Positions 1 through 5,447 of a stretch of DNA of 5,447 nt are shown here, piece after piece. Numbering within the stretch: position 1 is the first letter of the stretch; each line of letters opens with the position of its first letter. The DNA comes from a virus. Taxonomy: Duplodnaviria; Heunggongvirae; Uroviricota; Caudoviricetes. Below the pieces are notes generated by a model. That model was not told the origin of the DNA. It made no database searches and saw only the letters and a list, made by a program, of their open reading frames with translations. A program made the translations under genes and the position numbers. The stretch is from IMG/VR virus record IMGVR_UViG_3300029517_000088. One strand, 5' to 3'.

Positions 1-51
1 GCTCATGATGTCCCTCTGGGATGCGCTCCGGATGAATATGATGATCTCATA

Positions 52-141
52 TCAGGAACTTGTTCGCACCTTCCCTTTTTCACCGTCCGGATGCGCCCAG
101 GCATTCATCGCCATGCGGATGTGTTCATGCTTGATTTTCAT
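52..141 (-). CDS. Short ORF (29 codons, MKIKHEHIRMAMNAWAHPDGEKGKVRTSS) starting 17 nt inside the 3' end of ydaS; possible 5' remnant of a ydaT-like gene
   Basis: ATG at 141-139 on the minus strand overlaps the ydaS stop in a different frame. The frame closes at TGA (52-54). The other two minus-strand frames also carry stops in 1-141, so no long gene can run from here past the window edge without frameshifts. In K-12 the gene after ydaS is ydaT (about 140 aa). Confidence 0.25.
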   Translation of the reverse strand: MKIKHEHIRMAMNAWAHPDGEKGKVRTSS

Positions 142-406
142 GAATCAAGCTCCTAGAAAGTGGTTGTGTTAACATTTTGGTATCTTCCAGCTCGGGCCAA
201 ATATTCATCCAATCAAAAGGCCTTAGTTGCTGACGTGTAACTTCACCATTACTGGCTCGCTCAATAAGGACACATAACGATGCCCCTAACACTTGACCTT
301 TACTCAATGCCTTTCTTAGATAACCGATGCTGGTACCACACTCGCATGCAAACATACGCTGTTCATCTGACGAAAGAGAATTGAGAAATATTCTTAATTC
401 TTCCAT
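125..406 (-). CDS. ydaS: Cro-like helix-turn-helix regulator of the YdaS family (93 aa)
   Basis: ORF of 93 codons with a strong Shine-Dalgarno (AAGGAG, complement of 412-417) 5 nt upstream of the ATG at 406. Divergent from the repressor gene as in Rac. Sequence (CGTSIGYLRKALSKGQ...VTRQQLRP) has a Cro/YdaS-like HTH character. Symbol assigned by synteny and size. Confidence 0.75.
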   Translation of the reverse strand: MEELRIFLNSLSSDEQRMFACECGTSIGYLRKALSKGQVLGASLCVLIERASNGEVTRQQLRPFDWMNIWPELEDTKMLTQPLSRSLIHENQA

Positions 407-431
407 AGCTACTCCTTAGTAAACACAGCAA

Positions 432-459
432 AGAATACCCATAGGTAAACAAAAGTCAA
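432..459 (-). promoter_or_regulatory. Candidate sigma70 promoter for ydaS: -35 TTGACT (complement of 454-459), 16-bp spacer, -10 TATTCT (complement of 432-437)
   Basis: Read directly from the minus strand. The -35 is a 5/6 match and the -10 a 4/6 match to consensus. The predicted start is about 19 nt upstream of the ydaS ATG. Operator copy O1 overlaps the -10 and spacer. Confidence 0.45.
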
Positions 460-471
460 TACCCACAGGTT
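436..471. promoter_or_regulatory. Operator pair O1 (436-447 TACCCATAGGTA) and O2 (460-471 TACCCACAGGTT), OR-like cluster in the ydaS-racR divergent intergenic region
   Basis: Two copies of a 12-bp near-palindrome spaced 24 bp start to start. The same motif recurs at 502-513, 969-980 and 994-1005. Confidence 0.6.
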
Positions 472-472
472 G

Positions 473-500
473 TTTACCTTGCAGTAATCGCATCTATTAT
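473..500 (+). promoter_or_regulatory. Candidate racR promoter: -35 TTTACC (473-478), 16-bp spacer, -10 TATTAT (495-500); predicted start at or next to the racR ATG (leaderless)
   Basis: The -10 is a 5/6 match ending 6 nt before the ATG at 507. No Shine-Dalgarno is present upstream of the ATG, and no alternative in-frame start exists back to the stop at 417-422. Confidence 0.4.
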
Positions 501-501
501 T

Positions 502-513
502 TACCTATGGACA
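502..513. promoter_or_regulatory. Third, degenerate operator copy O3 (TACCTATGGACA) overlapping the racR start codon
   Basis: Matches the first 9 positions of the motif and spans the ATG at 507-509. Position is consistent with autoregulation. Confidence 0.35.
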
Positions 514-926
514 AATATGAATTTAGACGACAGCAACTCATCAAAATTCGTGATGAGAAATGCGATGGTAAAGCGGTTAACGTGGCCAGAAAGATCGGGC
601 GCGAGCCTTCTTATGTATCAAGAATGTTGTACCCAGAGGGGAAAAAGGGAAAAAAACGGATCGCTGATGATATGGTGGAGATTATCGAAGAGTCCTTTGG
701 GTTACCCCGGGGATGGATGGATGGTATCGTTTCATCATCAACGAACACAGCCTCCAGTTATGAAACAAGGGTTCTAACGCCACGACAACGTATTTTTTTA
801 GATCTCTTAGACGAACTGCCAGAAAGTGAAGCGGATAACTTATTAAAAACTCTTGAAGAGAAAAAACAGTATTACAATATGATCTACGAAGAAATCCGTA
901 AAAAGAAAGCACAAAACGCATCATAG
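507..926 (+). CDS. racR: Prophage repressor, RacR/DicA-like HTH protein (139 aa), no C-terminal peptidase domain
   Basis: 139-codon ORF divergent from ydaS. N-terminal HTH-like segment (AVNVARKIGREPSYVSRM). C-terminal segment (LTPRQRIFLDLLDELPESEADNLL) resembles the DicA C-terminus as I remember it. Position relative to ydaG, ydaF and sieB matches racR of Rac. My recollection of K-12 RacR is 158 aa, so the start or length may differ. Confidence 0.7.
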   Translation: MDKYEFRRQQLIKIRDEKCDGKAVNVARKIGREPSYVSRMLYPEGKKGKKRIADDMVEIIEESFGLPRGWMDGIVSSSTNTASSYETRVLTPRQRIFLDLLDELPESEADNLLKTLEEKKQYYNMIYEEIRKKKAQNAS

Positions 927-968
927 CTCACCAAACAACTAGTCACCAGTTAAGACACCGTAAAAAGT

Positions 969-1005
969 TACCCATGGGTATTTACTTTTTAAATACCTAT
1001 GGGTA
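969..1005. promoter_or_regulatory. Operator pair O4 (969-980 TACCCATGGGTA, perfect palindrome) and O5 (994-1005 TACCTATGGGTA), OL-like cluster immediately downstream of racR
   Basis: Two copies spaced 25 bp. Candidate weak promoter elements overlap them: -35 TTTACT (981-986), 17-bp spacer, -10 TATCCT (1004-1009); alternatively -35 TTACCC (968-973) with -10 TAAATA (990-995). Orientation would drive the + strand early genes. Confidence 0.5.
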
Positions 1006-1180
1006 TCCTTCTTTTCATACCAACCCACCCCGCCCCACAGAATGCAGGGCAATACTTCGAGTTACCAGGCAGTGGTCAGGGGTTAAGTAGCCAGCCCGAG
1101 GCGTAAGAACATGACGGCGGGATTCAAATTTTGCAGTGCAGCAGTTAGTTCCGCCACCCGGCGTTAAGGGGAGAGATAAG

Positions 1181-1315
1181 ATGGTGCATTACGAAGTAGT
1201 TCAGTATTTGATGGATTGTTGCGGTATCACTTACAACCAGGCTGTGCAGGCTTTACGCAGCAACGACTGGGATCTCTGGCAGGCAGAAGTCGCTATACGT
1301 AGCAACAAGATGTGA
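1181..1315 (+). CDS. ydaG: Small prophage protein (44 aa), function unknown
   Basis: ATG at 1181 preceded by a strong Shine-Dalgarno (AAGGGGAGAG, 1166-1175). The 44-codon length and the position two genes from sieB match ydaG of Rac. Below the size cut-off of the supplied ORF track. Confidence 0.65.
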   Translation: MVHYEVVQYLMDCCGITYNQAVQALRSNDWDLWQAEVAIRSNKM

Positions 1316-1325
1316 GATTCGCAAA

Positions 1326-1481
1326 ATGCAAAAAATCGACCTCGGCAACAACGAATCCCTGGTGTGCGGCGTGTTCCCCAACCAGGATGGAACGTTCACT
1401 GCCATGACGTATACCAAAAGCAAAACATTTAAAACCGAAACTGGTGCGCGCCGATGGTTGGAGAAGCACACAGTAAGCTAA
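1326..1481 (+). CDS. ydaF: Small prophage protein (51 aa), function unknown
   Basis: ATG at 1326, 10 nt after the ydaG stop. The 51-codon length and position adjacent to sieB match ydaF of Rac. Its stop TAA (1479-1481) overlaps the sieB stop on the opposite strand. Confidence 0.6.
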   Translation: MQKIDLGNNESLVCGVFPNQDGTFTAMTYTKSKTFKTETGARRWLEKHTVS

Positions 1482-1966
1482 CGATTAAAACGTCTACTCC
1501 TGCTGTTCCAGAATAACTTCATAAAATGGGAGTATTTTTCGGTGACGAGATAATAAGAACAGTTTGCGCTATCACTCTGATGTTGAATGATGCCCTTCCG
1601 TTCTAATTTTTTCATAACCAGGTTACGGCAAGGAGAAGTGATAATAAGATTTCCTGTTTTAAGGAAATCTTTAAATACAGCGATTTCTTTCTCAGATAAA
1701 CGAAGCAATACTCGTTGCTCTGGTAGTAATGAATAATGCTTTTGAATATGTGCTCGCAATCTTGAGAAGGAAATGGCGACCACGAAAGAAAAGGCAAAAA
1801 CGATAATCTGAAAGAGCCAAGGTATTTCAGTATAAGCATTGAATGCGACAGTAAACTCTTTCGGTATCAGCCAGAGAGTGAGACCAAAAATGATAATCGT
1901 ATACATAAGTCTTTCGAGTGGCTCGTTAGCAAAAAGTTTCAACAATGGAGTAAATACATCCAACAT
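1478..1966 (-). CDS. sieB: Superinfection exclusion protein B (162 aa), predicted membrane protein
   Basis: From MLDVFTPLLKLF... the protein is 162 aa and matches SieB of Rac as I recall it. Two hydrophobic segments in the N-terminal half. The ORF track extends the frame to 2089 (203 aa), but that upstream start has no ribosome-binding site. Confidence 0.8.
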   Translation of the reverse strand: MLDVFTPLLKLFANEPLERLMYTIIIFGLTLWLIPKEFTVAFNAYTEIPWLFQIIVFAFSFVVAISFSRLRAHIQKHYSLLPEQRVLLRLSEKEIAVFKDFLKTGNLIITSPCRNLVMKKLERKGIIQHQSDSANCSYYLVTEKYSHFMKLFWNSRSRRFNR

Positions 1967-2407
1967 ATCAATAACTCTCAACTGTAAGGGTATTGAAATG
2001 TTAACACAAGCTCTCGCTGTAGGGGTATAGCCGAGACCACCGAAGCCCGGAGGTGGTGAAATAAAACCGGGCACAACACGAAGGCGCATTTCCGATATCC
2101 ATAAAGAGTCGGTCTTGTCTGTTAAATTTAAATGGTGGGAGTGCGCCTCCGGTTGTAAATAACGACATTGCTGTGTGTAGTCCTGGCGGCATCAGTTTTT
2201 TTCTTGAAGTTCGGCTGATGTCCGCCCTTTTTAAAGTGAATTTTGTGATGCGGTGAATGCGGCTAAGCGCACGTGGCACAGTTAAAAGTCATGTTAGTCC
2301 TTATTGGTTTGGGTGGGAAAGCCGACTGTAATTGTTAACTGGTTGCAGTCACCTGGAGGCACCGGACACCGCATCAACAAAGTTCATTTGTAAAAATGGA
2401 GATAATT

Positions 2408-2629
2408 ATGATTGCACATCACTTCGGAACTGATGAAATACCACGTCAGTGTGTGACTCCTGGCGATTATGTTCTTCATGAAGGCCGGACATATATTGCC
2501 TCGGCAAACAATATTAAAAAGCGAAAACTATATATTCGTAACCTGACCACAAAAACATTCATTACTGACCGCATGATTAAAGTCTTCCTCGGTCGTGATG
2601 GTTTACCTGTAAAGGCGGAGTCATGGTGA
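2408..2629 (+). CDS. kilR: Prophage Kil protein, cell-division (FtsZ) inhibitor (73 aa)
   Basis: Start at 2408 ([14 protein letters not shown]...) has GGAG 6 nt upstream; the 2396 start in the ORF track does not. The 73-aa length and sequence match KilR of Rac from memory. Confidence 0.8.
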
Positions 2630-2799
2630 TGACTAAGAAAATAAAATGTGCTTACCACCTTTGCAAAAAAGACGTTGAAGAAAGCAAAGCTATTGAAAGA
2701 ATGCTTCACTTCATGCACGGGATTTTATCAAAAGACGAACCGAGAAAATATTGCAGTGAAGCTTGTGCCGAAAAAGACCAGATGGCACATGAACTTTAA
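2629..2799 (+). CDS. ydaE: Small 4-Cys protein (56 aa), putative zinc ribbon
   Basis: ATG at 2629 overlaps the kilR stop (TGATG). The 56 codons contain CxxxxC and CxxxC pairs (KCAYHLCKK and YCSEACAEK). Size and position between kilR and racC match ydaE. Below the ORF track cut-off. Confidence 0.65.
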   Translation: MTKKIKCAYHLCKKDVEESKAIERMLHFMHGILSKDEPRKYCSEACAEKDQMAHEL

Positions 2800-2873
2800 T
2801 TAATTGACTATTCGAAACTGAATTTATGCCAGAAATGGCAGGTATTCGCTCAACCTTAATTAAGGAGAAAAAC

Positions 2874-3149
2874 ATGATTACCAATTATGAAGCCACTGTT
2901 GTAACTACCGATGACATTGTTCACGAGGTGAATCTGGAAGGAAAGCGCATTGGCTACGTAATTAAAACAGAAAATAAAGAAACCCCATTCACTGTGGTTG
3001 ATATCGATGGTCCATCAGGCAACGTAAAAACACTTGATGAAGGTGTCAAAAAAATGTGCCTGGTGCATATCGGAAAGAATCTGCCCGCAGAAAAAAAAGC
3101 CGAATTTCTGGCAACTCTAATTGCAATGAAATTAAAAGGTGAAATCTGA
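2874..3149 (+). CDS. racC: RacC protein (91 aa), function unknown
   Basis: Start at 2874 (MITNYEATVV...) has a perfect Shine-Dalgarno AAGGAG (2862-2867) 6 nt upstream; the longer 2826 start does not. The 91-aa length matches RacC. Confidence 0.8.
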   Translation: MITNYEATVVTTDDIVHEVNLEGKRIGYVIKTENKETPFTVVDIDGPSGNVKTLDEGVKKMCLVHIGKNLPAEKKAEFLATLIAMKLKGEI

Positions 3150-3154
3150 AAGAA

Positions 3155-3179
3155 ATAGCCTGCGTATGGCGCAGGCTAT
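3155..3179. other. Perfect 10-bp stem with 5-nt loop (ATAGCCTGCG-TATGG-CGCAGGCTAT) between racC and recE
   Basis: Read directly from the sequence. No U-tract follows on the + strand, so it is not a canonical intrinsic terminator. The minus-strand version is followed by a moderately T-rich run. Confidence 0.4.
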
Positions 3180-3250
3180 GAACAGTGTGTATCCGGCAAG
3201 ATCATTCACTGAACAAAACGAATTTTAATCTGAGTTGAGGTTAAAAAACA

Positions 3251-5278
3251 ATGAGCACAAAACCACTCTTCCTGTTACGGAAAGCGAAAAAATCATCCGG
3301 TGAACCTGACGTCGTCCTGTGGGCAAGCAACGATTTTGAATCGACCTGTGCCACTCTGGACTACCTGATCGTTAAGTCAGGTAAAAAACTGAGCAGCTAT
3401 TTTAAAGCTGTTGCCACGAATTTTCCTGTCGTTAATGACCTGCCCGCTGAAGGTGAGATCGATTTTACCTGGAGTGAACGCTATCAACTCAGCAAAGACT
3501 CCATGACATGGGAACTAAAACCGGGAGCAGCACCAGACAACGCTCACTATCAAGGCAATACCAACGTCAACGGCGAAGACATGACTGAGATTGAGGAGAA
3601 TATGCTACTCCCAATTTCTGGCCAGGAACTGCCCATTCGTTGGCTTGCTCAACACGGCAGCGAAAAACCGGTAACGCACGTTTCACGCGACGGACTCCAG
3701 GCATTACACATTGCTCGGGCTGAAGAACTACCGGCTGTTACTGCCCTGGCTGTTTCCCACAAAACCAGCCTGCTCGACCCGCTGGAAATTCGCGAACTCC
3801 ACAAACTGGTTCGTGACACTGACAAAGTTTTCCCTAATCCTGGTAATTCAAACCTGGGACTGATAACTGCTTTTTTCGAAGCATACCTGAACGCTGACTA
3901 CACCGATCGAGGACTGCTGACAAAAGAGTGGATGAAGGGTAATCGTGTTTCACACATCACTCGCACGGCTTCCGGTGCTAATGCTGGCGGCGGAAACCTC
4001 ACCGATCGCGGCGAAGGTTTCGTACACGATCTGACGTCACTGGCGCGCGACGTAGCCACTGGCGTACTGGCCCGTTCAATGGATCTGGACATCTATAACC
4101 TTCATCCGGCACACGCTAAACGCATTGAGGAAATTATCGCTGAAAATAAACCGCCCTTTTCTGTTTTCCGCGACAAATTCATCACCATGCCTGGCGGGCT
4201 GGATTATTCCCGCGCCATCGTGGTTGCGTCCGTAAAAGAAGCACCAATTGGGATCGAGGTCATCCCCGCGCACGTCACTGAATATCTGAACAAAGTACTG
4301 ACTGAAACCGATCATGCCAACCCTGATCCGGAAATCGTGGATATTGCCTGCGGTCGCTCCTCTGCCCCGATGCCGCAGCGAGTAACAGAAGAAGGAAAAC
4401 AGGATGATGAAGAAAAACCGCAACCATCTGGAACAACGGCAGTTGAACAGGGAGAGGCTGAAACAATGGAACCGGATGCAACTGAACATCATCAGGACAC
4501 GCAGCCGCTGGATGCTCAGTCACAGGTAAATTCTGTTGATGCGAAATATCAGGAACTGCGGGCAGAACTCCATGAAGCCAGGAAAAACATTCCATCAAAA
4601 AATCCTGTCGATGCCGATAAATTGCTTGCTGCATCACGTGGTGAATTTGTTGACGGAATTAGCGACCCGAACGATCCGAAATGGGTAAAGGGGATCCAGA
4701 CTCGCGATTGTGTGTACCAGAACCAGCCAGAAACGGAAAAAACCAGCCCGGATATGAATCAACCTGAGCCAGTAGTGCAACAGGAACCGGAAATAGCCTG
4801 CAATGCCTGCGGCCAGACTGGCGGGGATAACTGCCCTGACTGTGGTGCGGTGATCCGAACAGTAACACTACTGCAGCCTGCTCTTGAAGCACTGAAGGAG
4901 CAATACAAACTGACCGGGCATCATCGCAAAAGCGAAATCACCTTTTATCATCGGGAGTACGGCAGAACCGAAAAGCAAAAACTGCATTTTGTTTTCATGC
5001 CCAGGGTGTGTAACGGAAAACAAAAACCTTATTACTCGGTAAGCAGTTTGGGGGCAAGGTGGAATGCAGCAGTAAAACGTGCTGGTATTCGCCGCCGTAA
5101 TCCGTACCATACGCGGCATACTTTTGCCTGCTGGCTGTTGACGGCAGGAGCGAACCCGGCATTTATAGCCAGCCAAATGGGGCATGAAACTGCGCAGATG
5201 GTGTATGAAATTTACGGTATGTGGATTGATGACATGAACGACGAACAGATAGCCATGTTGAATGCGCGGTTATCGTAG
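3251..5278 (+). CDS. recE: Chimeric ORF (675 aa): RecE (exonuclease VIII) N-terminal region, about residues 1-534, fused in frame to the C-terminal about 141 residues of a Rac-type tyrosine integrase
   Basis: From [29 protein letters not shown]... to ...[21 protein letters not shown] the protein matches the RecE N-terminus as I remember it. After about nt 4852 it continues with an integrase C-terminus carrying the HxxR box ([10 protein letters not shown]) and the catalytic-tyrosine region (MVYEIYG). GAGG lies 10 nt upstream of the ATG. Confidence 0.8.
   Translation: MSTKPLFLLRKAKKSSGEPDVVLWASNDFESTCATLDYLIVKSGKKLSSYFKAVATNFPVVNDLPAEGEIDFTWSERYQLSKDSMTWELKPGAAPDNAHYQGNTNVNGEDMTEIEENMLLPISGQELPIRWLAQHGSEKPVTHVSRDGLQALHIARAEELPAVTALAVSHKTSLLDPLEIRELHKLVRDTDKVFPNPGNSNLGLITAFFEAYLNADYTDRGLLTKEWMKGNRVSHITRTASGANAGGGNLTDRGEGFVHDLTSLARDVATGVLARSMDLDIYNLHPAHAKRIEEIIAENKPPFSVFRDKFITMPGGLDYSRAIVVASVKEAPIGIEVIPAHVTEYLNKVLTETDHANPDPEIVDIACGRSSAPMPQRVTEEGKQDDEEKPQPSGTTAVEQGEAETMEPDATEHHQDTQPLDAQSQVNSVDAKYQELRAELHEARKNIPSKNPVDADKLLAASRGEFVDGISDPNDPKWVKGIQTRDCVYQNQPETEKTSPDMNQPEPVVQQEPEIACNACGQTGGDNCPDCGAVIRTVTLLQPALEALKEQYKLTGHHRKSEITFYHREYGRTEKQKLHFVFMPRVCNGKQKPYYSVSSLGARWNAAVKRAGIRRRNPYHTRHTFACWLLTAGANPAFIASQMGHETAQMVYEIYGMWIDDMNDEQIAMLNARLS
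4853..5278 (+). pseudogene. intR: 3' remnant of the prophage integrase gene (C-terminal catalytic fragment only)
   Basis: Only the distal part of the catalytic domain is present; the upstream Arg/Lys catalytic residues and the N-terminal DNA-binding domains are missing. Position directly upstream of ttcA matches intR of Rac. The junction coordinate is approximate. Confidence 0.65.
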
Positions 5279-5329
5279 TTGCAAAGTTTGCCCCCAATTT
5301 GCCCCATTTAGTACCAGAGAACTGAAATA

Positions 5330-5447
5330 ATGCAAGAAAATCAACAAATTACAAAGAAAGAACAATACAACCTGAACAAATTACAAAAACGTCTGCGTCG
5401 TAACGTGGGCGAAGCCATTGCTGACTTCAATATGATTGAAGAAGGCG
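5330..5447 (+). CDS. ttcA: tRNA 2-thiocytidine biosynthesis protein TtcA, 5' end (39 codons, continues beyond the window)
   Basis: [39 protein letters not shown] matches the TtcA N-terminus. ttcA is the host gene flanking the integrase end of Rac. Confidence 0.85.
   Translation, partial: MQENQQITKKEQYNLNKLQKRLRRNVGEAIADFNMIEEG

Larger units (their letters stand above)
1..5329. mobile_element. Rac-like cryptic lambdoid prophage, integrase-proximal arm (immunity region through recE and integrase remnant), carrying an internal deletion
   Basis: Gene content and order (ydaS, racR, ydaG, ydaF, sieB, kilR, ydaE, racC, recE, integrase remnant, then host ttcA) matches the Rac prophage arrangement of E. 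coli K-12 as I remember it, read on the opposite strand. Recognition is from memory and synteny, not from a search. Confidence 0.8.

Noticed and set aside
517-924. ORFs 517..777 (+, 86 aa) and 682..924 (-, 80 aa) overlapping racR
   Set aside because: Alternative-frame and antisense ORFs inside a better-supported gene, with no ribosome-binding sites; treated as chance ORFs.
1111-1167. 18-codon ORF (MTAGFKFCSAAVSSATRR) in the leader upstream of ydaG, with GAGG 9 nt upstream and its stop inside the ydaG Shine-Dalgarno
   Set aside because: Could be a coupling or leader peptide, but an ORF this short is expected by chance and there is no conservation evidence available from the sequence alone.
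1253-1471. ORF 1253..1471 (-, 72 aa) antisense to ydaG and ydaF
   Set aside because: Overlaps two + strand genes that have ribosome-binding sites and match the expected Rac gene sizes; no independent support.
1612-2030. ORFs 1612..1839 (-, 75 aa) and 1839..2030 (+, 63 aa) inside or antisense to sieB
   Set aside because: Out-of-frame or opposite-strand ORFs within sieB; low-complexity translations typical of AT-rich noise.
1967-2089. 203-aa extended form of sieB starting at 2089
   Set aside because: The upstream ATG has no Shine-Dalgarno, and the 162-aa form starting at 1966 matches the SieB length I know. The extension is probably just open frame upstream of the real start.
2001-2279. ORF 2001..2279 (-, 92 aa) in the sieB-kilR divergent region
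   Set aside because: No ribosome-binding site, and the 3' end overlaps the sieB promoter-proximal region. A small gene cannot be excluded, but the sequence gives nothing to support it.
2476-2718. ORF 2476..2718 (-, 80 aa) antisense to kilR and ydaE
   Set aside because: Antisense to two well-supported genes; no start context.
2396-2873. Longer starts for kilR (2396, 77 aa) and racC (2826, 107 aa) given by the ORF track
   Set aside because: In both cases a downstream ATG has a properly spaced Shine-Dalgarno and gives the protein length matching the Rac gene, so the longer forms are upstream in-frame extensions.
3155-3179. Hairpin as a canonical rho-independent terminator for racC
   Set aside because: No U-tract follows the stem on the + strand, so it is kept only as an unexplained stem-loop.
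3898-5185. Five minus-strand ORFs (64 to 138 aa) inside the recE-integrase ORF
   Set aside because: All are antisense to a 675-codon ORF with clear protein identity; GC-rich coding regions commonly yield such antisense frames.
1-5447. A novel defence or other undescribed system, CRISPR array, tRNA/rRNA gene, or insertion sequence
   Set aside because: Every substantial ORF is accounted for by recognisable Rac-like prophage genes or host ttcA. I saw no direct-repeat/spacer array, tRNA-like structure or transposase. The unusual aspects are rearrangement and regulation of a known element, not a new system.

Overview
This window is not a new system. It is the integrase-proximal arm of a Rac-like cryptic lambdoid prophage of Escherichia coli, ending at the host gene ttcA. 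Protein identities are recognised from memory of E. coli K-12 Rac proteins and from gene order and size; no database search was run. Left to right: a short, closed ORF where a ydaT-like gene would be expected (-), the Cro-like regulator ydaS (-), a divergent intergenic switch region, the repressor racR (+), ydaG and ydaF (+), the superinfection-exclusion gene sieB (-), kilR, ydaE and racC (+), then a 675-codon ORF and the 5' end of ttcA (+). The most notable feature is that 675-codon ORF: about 534 codons of the RecE N-terminus are joined in frame to about 141 codons of a tyrosine-integrase C-terminus. This implies a deletion that removed the RecE nuclease domain, recT, ralR, ydaC, the excisionase and most of the integrase, leaving a prophage that cannot excise. 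The second notable feature is five copies of a 12-bp palindrome (TACCYAYRGGTA) in two clusters flanking racR, laid out like lambda OR and OL; racR also appears to be leaderless.
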